The notes beneath the pieces are model-generated. The model was not told the DNA's origin. It worked only from the letters and a program-made list of their open reading frames with translations, and made no database searches. 20,000 nucleotides of DNA from IMG/VR virus record IMGVR_UViG_3300007754_000006; one strand, written 5' to 3'. The translations under genes and the position numbers were made by a program. Shown in pieces: positions 7,827 through 14,957 of this stretch (its first letter is position 1; the number at the start of each line of letters is the position of its first letter). Origin of the DNA: an uncultured virus (IMG/VR IMGVR_UViG_3300007754_000006) (taxonomy: Duplodnaviria > Heunggongvirae > Uroviricota > Caudoviricetes).

Positions 7827-8513
7827 TTACCGTGTATGACTCCACAACGTTGGGGATTCCAACTCCCGGCCCACTCCTGCTTCCATGAAGTCCTGGGTCA
7901 GGAATGTAGGGGCTGCGATGTTCTTCAGGGGCTCTCCAGGAGCCCAGCACACCTTCACCGCACGACCCCAGCTATCAAGCTCTGCAGATAGCTGTCCAAA
8001 CCCGTGGAAGAACAAGCCGACAAATGGGCGTCTGTTTATCTGGTGGCGCAGACTTCCGTAGGCGGCGACCAGGGCCCAAACCCCCAGGATGTGCCCCGGA
8101 CGGGGATTGTCCCATCGAGGCCCGTCGTCGATGGAGACTGAATGAACGATGACTGTCTCGGCCTCGTTCATGTCGAACCTACAGGTGGCTCGACCGTTCT
8201 CGTAGGGTCGACCGTACATCTGCGTTGCCTTGCGGAACCAGTTGGGGTCTCCGTCCTTCCCCGCGATCTCCTCGCCGTCTACCAAGGTCTTCCAATCACA
8301 TGTGCTGTGATGCGCCTTGAGGTAGTAGGTCCAGGAAATGGATTCCTGATGTGCGGCCTCTCCCCCCTCTCTCAGGGTGGGGTGGGAAAGGGCACTGAGC
8401 TCGAACCGGATGGCCTTGGTGGGAGTGTGCACTCGAGCGACCATTGTCCTCGGGGCGATGCCCACAAAGAAGTCTACAGCCCAATCCACTCGGCGGACAC
8501 ACACGGGGTTCAT
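7827..8513 (-). CDS. Hypothetical protein
   Basis: ATG at 8513 after GAGG; 228 aa. Confidence 0.65.
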   Translation of the reverse strand: MNPVCVRRVDWAVDFFVGIAPRTMVARVHTPTKAIRFELSALSHPTLREGGEAAHQESISWTYYLKAHHSTCDWKTLVDGEEIAGKDGDPNWFRKATQMYGRPYENGRATCRFDMNEAETVIVHSVSIDDGPRWDNPRPGHILGVWALVAAYGSLRHQINRRPFVGLFFHGFGQLSAELDSWGRAVKVCWAPGEPLKNIAAPTFLTQDFMEAGVGRELESPTLWSHTR

Positions 8514-8520
8514 GGAAGCC

Positions 8521-8724
8521 TCAGAGGTGTCGGCCCCGACAAGCATTCCGGCTCTTTTCCCGCCGTCGGTTCTTGGACACGGTGTGGATCCCTCTCCAAG
8601 AGGCGAGGGTGCCTCCCGATGCGAAATGTCGGGAGCGTTCGATCCCCCGACGGGCTGCGGAAGCCCTCATGGCCTCGGCCGCAGCAGGGTCCTTCTTCTT
8701 GGAACGACGAATCTTGCGGGCCAT
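8521..8724 (-). CDS. Small basic hypothetical protein
   Basis: AAGGAG RBS; 67 aa, Arg/Lys rich, ends KSRNACRGRHL. Confidence 0.7.
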   Translation of the reverse strand: MARKIRRSKKKDPAAAEAMRASAARRGIERSRHFASGGTLASWRGIHTVSKNRRREKSRNACRGRHL

Positions 8725-8778
8725 GGCGGTTCTCCTTGCTCATAGAGATTACGCCCCGTTGGCCCTGTCGGAAACCCA

Positions 8779-9330
8779 TTACCCTGACGGACAATTGGCG
8801 AGATACTGGTTCACGGCCCAAGAGGCTCCATCCAGCTTGAAGCTATGGAGCTCCCACGACTTGGCCTCGAGCTCTATCACGATGGTGTCCGACCTGTCCC
8901 TCTCTGCGAGATCCTTCAGGATAGTTGGGACTTCTTGGGGAGCTGGGAAGTCCAGGTACATCCGGTTCGTGGAGATCCCCATCTGCAGATCCTGAACCAC
9001 GTTGCTGTGGTTCAACTTGATGGGGAATGTGCTCCCCGAGCCGGGGATTGCGTTCAGGTGGGCGATCCGAGCCCACGGTTCCTTCTCCGCATGACATCCG
9101 AACGACAGATAGATGGGAGCTCCCTCGAGGGGAGTGCTGGTGGCCACTACCGTGGTGTGCTCCAGACCCTCATCCTTCTCGTAGGAGAACCGCCAGATTC
9201 CCTTCTCCTTGTCGATCCGGACCGGCTCCTCCTTCTCTACTTCGAGCACGGGAGCCGGCTCGGGCAGGGCGGGGACAGGCGGGGCTGCGTCCTGGGATGT
9301 TCCGAAGCAAGCGAGCAGGAGCAGGATCAT
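8779..9330 (-). CDS. Putative lipoprotein
   Basis: MILLLLAC minimal lipobox followed by a Pro/Ala linker; in frame with an upstream ORF that starts at 9609. Confidence 0.65.
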   Translation of the reverse strand: MILLLLACFGTSQDAAPPVPALPEPAPVLEVEKEEPVRIDKEKGIWRFSYEKDEGLEHTTVVATSTPLEGAPIYLSFGCHAEKEPWARIAHLNAIPGSGSTFPIKLNHSNVVQDLQMGISTNRMYLDFPAPQEVPTILKDLAERDRSDTIVIELEAKSWELHSFKLDGASWAVNQYLANCPSG

Positions 9331-9363
9331 AGGGGCTCGGAGGCCCCTATGATCCTGCTCCTG
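9316..9363. repeat. Perfect 21-bp inverted repeat with 6-nt loop
   Basis: CAGGAGCAGGATCATAGGGGC tcggag GCCCCTATGATCCTGCTCCTG. Confidence 0.95.
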
Positions 9364-9609
9364 GTCCTCTCCGGAGGCTTGCGGGCTCTCGAAGACCTTC
9401 TGGGCCAGACCCTTCGCGGGTGCTCCGGACGCAAGCTGGTATAGGGCTTCCTCGATGTTCTCCATGGTCCCCGATACGTTCAGGCCATGAGACCCCGTGT
9501 CCCCCCGACACTCCGAACAGCTACACCAAGCGATCAACCAAGAGAAGTCATCGACCAATACATCACGAAGGTCCTTCAGGCTGATGCGTGCGTCCCCGGG
9601 AGAGCTCAT
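9331..9609 (-). CDS. Hypothetical protein segment that runs in frame into the lipoprotein ORF
   Basis: ATG 9609 overlaps the pyrF TGA; CSCSEC motif; no stop before 9330. Confidence 0.5.
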
Positions 9610-10433
9610 GCGGTGACTTCTTTGGCGAAGTTGGAGGCTCGGTGGTGGACATTGGAGGCCCACTTGTCGCTGGAGGCGAAGTATTCGCTCTCGTTCCGGG
9701 GGAAGAGGATCGAGCGAGAGGCGGTGGCGATGGCTCCCCGGTATCCCTTCAGAGACACCAGGAGACGACGGAACTCCACCACGCCGGCTCCCTGCGCTCC
9801 GATCCCAGGGGCCAACAGGAGGGAGGTTCCCATCTTCTGCCGGATCTCCAGAACCTCTTCCTCGGGGAGGGTAGCGCCGACGACTGCCTGGAGGTTCTCC
9901 TGGCAGATGAAGTCCATGAGGTCATCCCGAACTGGAGACTGCCAAGAATGCGCTCCGGAGTTGGTGGTGCGGAGAAGGACGAAGATGCCCTTCCCCTTGT
10001 TGGCCCACTCGATGTAGGGGGTCAGGGACTCCGGACCCAGGAATGGGTTGACGGTGACCGCGTCCGCCCCGTAGACCTCAAAGGAGGCCCTGGCGTATGC
10101 CTCGGCGGTGGATCCGATATCCCCACGCTTCCCATCCAGGATGACCATGAATCCTCTGGACTTGGCGTACAGGCAGATCATTTTCAGGGCTGCCATGCCC
10201 TCCGGCCCGAACGCCTCGAAGAAGGCGGACTGGGGTTTGATGGCCGGCACGAGGTGATAGAGGGCGTCGATCACGTCACAGCCCCACCGGGCCAATCCGG
10301 AGGTGATCCCATCCAGCGCTATCCGGCGTTGAATATTCCGAGGAAGGAGATGGGCATGTGGGTCCAGGCCGACGCAGCAGGGGTTGCCGTACTCGCGGAC
10401 CTTTGCGTGCCAGAGGGACTTGAAGAGGGGCAT
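9606..10433 (-). CDS. pyrF: Orotidine 5'-phosphate decarboxylase (subfamily 2)
   Basis: CVGLDP, KPQSAFFE, DGKRGDIGST, VNPFLG, LRTTN, VVGAT, LLAPGIGAQG, SRSI. Confidence 0.97.
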   Translation of the reverse strand: MPLFKSLWHAKVREYGNPCCVGLDPHAHLLPRNIQRRIALDGITSGLARWGCDVIDALYHLVPAIKPQSAFFEAFGPEGMAALKMICLYAKSRGFMVILDGKRGDIGSTAEAYARASFEVYGADAVTVNPFLGPESLTPYIEWANKGKGIFVLLRTTNSGAHSWQSPVRDDLMDFICQENLQAVVGATLPEEEVLEIRQKMGTSLLLAPGIGAQGAGVVEFRRLLVSLKGYRGAIATASRSILFPRNESEYFASSDKWASNVHHRASNFAKEVTA

Positions 10434-10469
10434 TTGGTTTCCTTGAATCGAAGAAGACGGCGAACCATC

Positions 10470-11399
10470 CTATACAGAGAGGACACCGTCTGCAGGGTCC
10501 GGAGAGTGCTCGGATCTCCAATAGGGTGTCCGAGGATCCGAGCGGTAGAAGTGGTAGACGCGCCCGTTGATCTCCAGACGCAGACGCCAACTCGGCGAGT
10601 CCAACTCCCTGAGGTAGCGGAAGCTGGAGATCTGGAAGCCTGTCTCGGCGCGGTCCAAAGCTTCCGCCAAGGTGCGCATCTCTGCGAACCCCTCCTGGTA
10701 GTTCCGAATCGTATCGGGATCTATGACCAGGGGGTAGTGGCGACCGATGACGCTTGAGAGTGTCGAGGTGCTGAAAGAGTCTGGGCAGTCCTTCCGCCAG
10801 ACCAGCATGAGGGCGAGCTCGTCCTCATCTTCCACGACGCGAATCCCTCCGGCGTTGGGGTCTCTTCGGAGAGCGATGCGCACCAGGTGCTTCATCCTCC
10901 GAAGGGTCCGCTGATGGTCCCAGGACTGTTGCTCCCGGAGCCTACAGAGGGTTGCCCAACGGGCCCTCTCCGTTGCCTTGAGGGACTCTCTCTGGGTCAG
11001 GCTCCGGGGTCCGTTCAGGGGGTCGTGAACGATGAGAGGGAGTCCGTCTCCGTCCAGGACCTCTACGAGATCCTCGGCGGGAAGAACCTGAAGGGCAGCA
11101 GGTGCCGCGACCAGGGCGGTCAGAAAGCTACGTCGGCTGGCGCTCATTTTCGTTCTCCCCGAGAGGCTTGGTGATCGCCACCACAGGAGGCAAGCGGTCA
11201 CCTCTACATCCCATTGGGTCGGGGTGTAGAAGTAGTTGTGGTCCCAAGACCTTTCCATCATCTCCAGGCGCTCTCGCATCGCCGTGCCCAGAATCTGTTG
11301 GAGCCTCCCAGGGGAACTACGGTCGAGCCGCCCCTTGCGGACGGTGATCTTGGTCGTGACTGTAGCGGTAATCTCGACTTCGGCGTATGTCTCAGACAT
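10470..11399 (-). CDS. Hypothetical protein, possibly two genes (internal start at 11147 with a Tat-like signal)
   Basis: 309-aa ORF; internal GGAG...ATG at 11147 gives MSASRRSFLTALVAAPAA. Confidence 0.6.
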   Translation of the reverse strand: MSETYAEVEITATVTTKITVRKGRLDRSSPGRLQQILGTAMRERLEMMERSWDHNYFYTPTQWDVEVTACLLWWRSPSLSGRTKMSASRRSFLTALVAAPAALQVLPAEDLVEVLDGDGLPLIVHDPLNGPRSLTQRESLKATERARWATLCRLREQQSWDHQRTLRRMKHLVRIALRRDPNAGGIRVVEDEDELALMLVWRKDCPDSFSTSTLSSVIGRHYPLVIDPDTIRNYQEGFAEMRTLAEALDRAETGFQISSFRYLRELDSPSWRLRLEINGRVYHFYRSDPRTPYWRSEHSPDPADGVLSV

Positions 11400-11946
11400 C
11401 TTGAACCTTCGCGACCGTGTACTTGGTGTCCTCGGGGAGATGACCCTTGACGTGCTTCTCGAGGAACTCCCTGGCTTCCTCCTCGGATTCCCCCGTCATG
11501 ATTGGCCAGGTGAACCCATCAAGAGTGCCGTGGACGACCCAGGGACGGCTCCAGAAGAACTTCTCTCCACACTCGAAGCAGCCGTAGGTCACGGTCTCCT
11601 TGCATGAGCAGTCCGGATGCTTCCTCTGGCGGAGGGTGGATCCAATCTGAGCTGTCCGATGCCAAGGGACGCTGGCGCTGCTCCGATTAGAAAGCCAGCC
11701 CACAGGGAACAGGCCCTTCTCAGTCCCGACGTAGATGGGCTGGTTCCCCCAGGGGTGGTCGCAGAACCGCTTGGGAGTGCGTCCTGGCTCGTTCTTCCGG
11801 ATGACCAGGATGTGCCGACCGGCTTCATTCACTGCGACTACGGTGGCCACGTGAAGCCAGTCGATGGACATCGTTTGTCCTCGTACTTGCGGAGTGGGGA
11901 AACACCGAGGGTTGTATCGGAAGCCGGTCGCAGGAAGATGATTCAT
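11392..11946 (-). CDS. Hypothetical protein (start uncertain: 11946 or 11871)
   Basis: Open frame with a CFEC motif, coupled to both neighbours. Confidence 0.55.
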   Translation of the reverse strand: MNHLPATGFRYNPRCFPTPQVRGQTMSIDWLHVATVVAVNEAGRHILVIRKNEPGRTPKRFCDHPWGNQPIYVGTEKGLFPVGWLSNRSSASVPWHRTAQIGSTLRQRKHPDCSCKETVTYGCFECGEKFFWSRPWVVHGTLDGFTWPIMTGESEEEAREFLEKHVKGHLPEDTKYTVAKVQDV

Positions 11947-12455
11947 GGGTCCCTCAACGGGGCTGCTGTGCTCTTCAGATCCAGACCCACGGCGCGAGCC
12001 CACTCCCCGAGAGAGAAGCTACCTTGGTGCTCTCGACGATAGCCGAAGCTGGGTAGATTGGGATTGATTCCGTAGCCAATCTCCCGGCCAACAGACCCTT
12101 CGGGGGCTTGGGCCTGGGCTTGCCACTGGACGAGGTCTACGTCCTCAGGAGCGGCGACCCGAGCTTCCAGAACGAACGTGAGGACTCGGCCATCGGTCCT
12201 CGAGCGGGGGAGACTCCAACCTCGGTCCTGTTGCGTCTGCGCGACCCCTTCCATCATCTCCAGAACCCAGGCCCCCGACCATTTTCGGGCCTCGGGGGGC
12301 GCGGGGATCAGGACCTCATGCATCCCATCTCGGATGGCAGACCTGATGTAGTGGTCGAAGTAGGCCAGGGTCTCCTGGTCTGCCCCGATACCTGACTGGA
12401 TGGCCAGCCCCTGGGCTTCCGAGAGGGTCAGGGGCGCGTACTGAAGTTGTCCCAA
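11943..12455 (-). CDS. Hypothetical protein
   Basis: TTG start after AGGAG; 170 aa. Confidence 0.7.
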   Translation of the reverse strand: MGQLQYAPLTLSEAQGLAIQSGIGADQETLAYFDHYIRSAIRDGMHEVLIPAPPEARKWSGAWVLEMMEGVAQTQQDRGWSLPRSRTDGRVLTFVLEARVAAPEDVDLVQWQAQAQAPEGSVGREIGYGINPNLPSFGYRREHQGSFSLGEWARAVGLDLKSTAAPLRDP

Positions 12456-12476
12456 TATGGTCTCCTGCCCCAGCGG

Positions 12477-12956
12477 TTACCGCGAGCAGAGGACCCTACC
12501 GGACCGAACAGTCTGCGTCCTCGAGGGCTCGATGGCCTGGGCCAGCTGGATGCCGCTCTCGCCCGCGCCGTCGCCGACGAAGATCATGAGAGCGTCCTCG
12601 CCCTCCTGGCGCCTCTCCCACTTCTTCGGACGAGCCTTGGGTAGCCCTACCAGAGGAGGAACCAGATGGCCGTCCTCGTTCCTCTCACGGTCCTCTACGC
12701 GAACGAGGTAGCCCCGCTCGAACACCACGACCACGTTGATCAGGAAATCACAGGAATCGCAGCAGTAGACGCCAAGGTCCTTGAGATACGGGGCGGGGGG
12801 AAGTCCTGGGGCCAGAGAGCCCAAAGGGATCCTCCGGGCCTCGGGTGTGTAGTTCCCGATGAAGAACTTGAACTGGACCTCCGCTCCGTCAGGGGGATGC
12901 GCTGCCCCGCACTCTGGGCAGTCCATCTTCACGTAGGTGGAATCTACCAAACCCAT
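12477..12956 (-). CDS. Zinc-ribbon hypothetical protein
   Basis: CPEC and CDSC pairs; GGAG RBS. Confidence 0.75.
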   Translation of the reverse strand: MGLVDSTYVKMDCPECGAAHPPDGAEVQFKFFIGNYTPEARRIPLGSLAPGLPPAPYLKDLGVYCCDSCDFLINVVVVFERGYLVRVEDRERNEDGHLVPPLVGLPKARPKKWERRQEGEDALMIFVGDGAGESGIQLAQAIEPSRTQTVRSGRVLCSR

Positions 12957-12977
12957 GTCTATCTCCCAACGAAACAG

Positions 12978-13040
12978 GCCGCTCTACAACGGTCCCGTCT
13001 CCTAATGCTCGATTCTTGGAGACGGGACCGTTGGAGCGGC
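12978..13040. repeat. Long inverted repeat (16-bp perfect stem plus 7 bp)
   Basis: CAACGGTCCCGTCTCC (12987-13002) pairs with GGAGACGGGACCGTTG (13018-13033), flanked by GCCGCTC/GAGCGGC. Confidence 0.9.
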
Positions 13041-13051
13041 TTGTGAGAGGG

Positions 13052-13193
13052 TTCCACAACCGGGCGAGTTGGTCAGCGAGGTTACGGCTTGCGCCGGCAC
13101 TCGGATTTGAACCGAGGACATTCCGCTTACGAGGCAGATGATCTATCCAACTGATCTATGCTTGTAGGCTGTACCAGGGGCTCGGTTGTGGAA
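13052..13193 (-). ncRNA. tRNA-Thr(CGU)-like core (13092-13165) with a broken acceptor stem, enclosed by the conserved module
   Basis: Intact D arm (GATC/GATC), anticodon arm TCTGC CT CGT AA GCGGA and T arm CTCGG TTCAAAT CCGAG. Acceptor ACAAGCA/TGCCGGC has 3 mismatches and no CCA. Ends pair TTCCACAACCGAGC/GCCCGGTTGTGGAA. Confidence 0.8.
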
Positions 13194-13198
13194 AATCG

Positions 13199-13429
13199 TC
13201 AGGCTTCGATGACCCAGGGATTCCCGGAGCTTCCTGCTCCGACGGACTCGACCTGGTAGACACCGTTGACATCCCGCGCCTGGTAGTGGGCCTTGCGGAA
13301 CGTGATCCAGAGCCACGCACGCTTCAGCCAGTGGAGCTCTTCCCACCGTTGGCCGCGCACCTCGATCTTGTCGCCGGCCTGGAGGGAAGTTCCGTCTACG
13401 GTATCGGGGATGTCTTCGGAGATGATCAT
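13199..13429 (-). CDS. Hypothetical protein
   Basis: ATG at 13429 after AAGG; 76 aa. Confidence 0.6.
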   Translation of the reverse strand: MIISEDIPDTVDGTSLQAGDKIEVRGQRWEELHWLKRAWLWITFRKAHYQARDVNGVYQVESVGAGSSGNPWVIEA

Positions 13430-13502
13430 TTGACCTTTGGGGTTCCGATTCCCGTTACCGGGTTCACATCTCAATAGCTACGGATTCCGTGGAAGGAAAG
13501 GT

Positions 13503-14222
13503 CTACCTTCTGGTAATGATCGCCACCAAAGCCCCTACAGGGAAGGCCAAAGTGAACAGGATATGTATGTGGAACGCGGCTACCGCAGTGACGGTAGCTA
13601 AGACTCCGATTGCCCCCCAAGACTTGTGATCGGAACCCAGGGTACTGAGGAAGGACAGCTCCAGGAGGTTCGAGTGGGTCATTACAGCACCCGCCGCTCC
13701 CATGAACACGTACAGGGGGAACTCTGACCGAGGACCCTTGTTGCTTCTGCTGAGGCTCTTCGTGATTAGGGTTGCGTCGACCAGAATGAGGGGAATCGTC
13801 ACCAGAACTCCCAGAGAGGCCACCGGGGGGAGGAGAGTCACCGTAGGGACCGCGACCCCCAAGATGAAGAGCTTCCCCCACTCCCCATTCAGAGCCATAA
13901 AGAGAGCCTCTTTTGCCATGGCCAAGGCCATACTTGCCAGGACAGGGATTGAGACCCCTGTGATCAGGACAGCGGCTCCCGGGGGGATGAACATGAATAT
14001 GAAGAAGACAGGAGTGAGGAAAACCAGAGCCACGCCTACGATGAGAACGTGGTGTACTTCTACTTCGTGGTTCTCTACCGCCATGAGCAGACCTACTGCG
14101 GTCGCCCCCATCCACCACAAGGACCCAAGGAACATGAAGATTCCCAGAGACCAGAAGGGGAACTCCAGAGGGGAGAACTCAACCCAAGCTCGCGCGAGAG
14201 CAATCAGGAGTTCCATTCCCAC
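13503..14222 (-). CDS. Polytopic membrane protein
   Basis: Many hydrophobic segments; GGAGG RBS. Confidence 0.75.
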   Translation of the reverse strand: MGMELLIALARAWVEFSPLEFPFWSLGIFMFLGSLWWMGATAVGLLMAVENHEVEVHHVLIVGVALVFLTPVFFIFMFIPPGAAVLITGVSIPVLASMALAMAKEALFMALNGEWGKLFILGVAVPTVTLLPPVASLGVLVTIPLILVDATLITKSLSRSNKGPRSEFPLYVFMGAAGAVMTHSNLLELSFLSTLGSDHKSWGAIGVLATVTAVAAFHIHILFTLAFPVGALVAIITRR

Positions 14223-14244
14223 CTCCGCTGCCTGTTACCTCTCC

Positions 14245-14279
14245 GAAAACGACGAAGCCCCGCTCGGAGGCGGGGCTTC
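14245..14279 (-). terminator. Probable intrinsic terminator of the RNA cluster
   Basis: GAAGCCCCGC CTCCGA GCGGGGCTTC (10-bp stem) followed by GTCGTTTTC, 8 nt after the last CCA. Confidence 0.7.
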
Positions 14280-14287
14280 AAAGTAGA

Positions 14288-14432
14288 TGGCGGGGAAGAG
14301 AGGAGTCGAACCTCTAAGCATGTAGGCTGGTGTCGGGGGCTGGCCTGGACAGGCCAGCGAGGGACTCAGCGAGAAGAGACTTTCGTCCCGGATTAATAGT
14401 CCGGTGGCAGATCCACACTGCCATTCTTCCCC
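14288..14432 (-). ncRNA. 145-nt tRNA-like RNA, anticodon ATT, 6-bp D stem, 72-nt variable region
   Basis: GGGGAAG/CTTCCCC-G-CCA; TGGCAG/CTGCCA; CCGGA CT ATT AA TCCGG; AGAGG TTCGACT CCTCT; insert at 14316-14387. Confidence 0.88.
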
Positions 14433-14520
14433 AGGGGGCGCTCGTCTCTCCGAGCCGTCACGTCTTTTGCTCTCCTTGAAGTGGGAGCAGGGAAGTACGA
14501 CGTTCCCCGGCCAGCCCCCT
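14433..14520 (-). ncRNA. manA-motif-like structured RNA
   Basis: Closing stem AGGGGGC/GCCCCCT, GCCGG, ACGTC/GACGT pseudoknot, CCACTT and GTGACGGCTCGGAGAGACGAGC. The manA resemblance is from memory, not from a covariance-model search. Confidence 0.55.
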
Positions 14521-14685
14521 AATCCACGCTACTGAGTTCGTGGGTAGTCGGGTGGGGCTTCACCTTGAGGGTCCGCTTCTCCGGCGAAACGCGCGGAGCG
14601 GGACAAGAGGACTCAGCCTCTCTTATCTCCCGAAGGAGACGTAGGGTTTGGACGTGCGAGTGGGGGAGCGAGAAACAACGCCTGT

Positions 14686-14761
14686 TGGCGCAAAAAACGG
14701 GAATCGAACCCGCGACATTTTGGGTGTGAACCAAATGCTCTTCCAACTGAGCTATTTTCGC
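14686..14761 (-). tRNA. tRNA-Val(CAC), flanked by the conserved module (full unit 14648-14795)
   Basis: GCGAAAA TA GCTC AGTTGGAA GAGC A TTTGG TT CAC AC CCAAA ATGTC GCGGG TTCGATT CCCGT TTTTTGC G CCA; 76 nt. Confidence 0.88.
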
Positions 14762-14957
14762 AGTGCTTGTAGGCTCCGTCCGGAGGCGCGTCCAAGAAGA
14801 AGGAGAGCACAGGGTTCGATACCTGCTGTTTGCTCACACCCCGAAGGGTGGACCCCCATCGCGCCGAGGGTGGGCACTCTCCATAGTCCCACCAGGTGCT
14901 CCGTGGCGGGTTCAACCATTGAGGAACGAACCGGCTGGAGCTACCTGGGGGATTATA

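Noticed and set aside
9487..10757. Long plus-strand ORFs (9588..10757 and similar shadows such as 746..1510, 4284..4976, 17793..18800)
   Set aside because: They lie antisense to well-supported genes, as expected in GC-rich DNA, and show no recognisable motifs.
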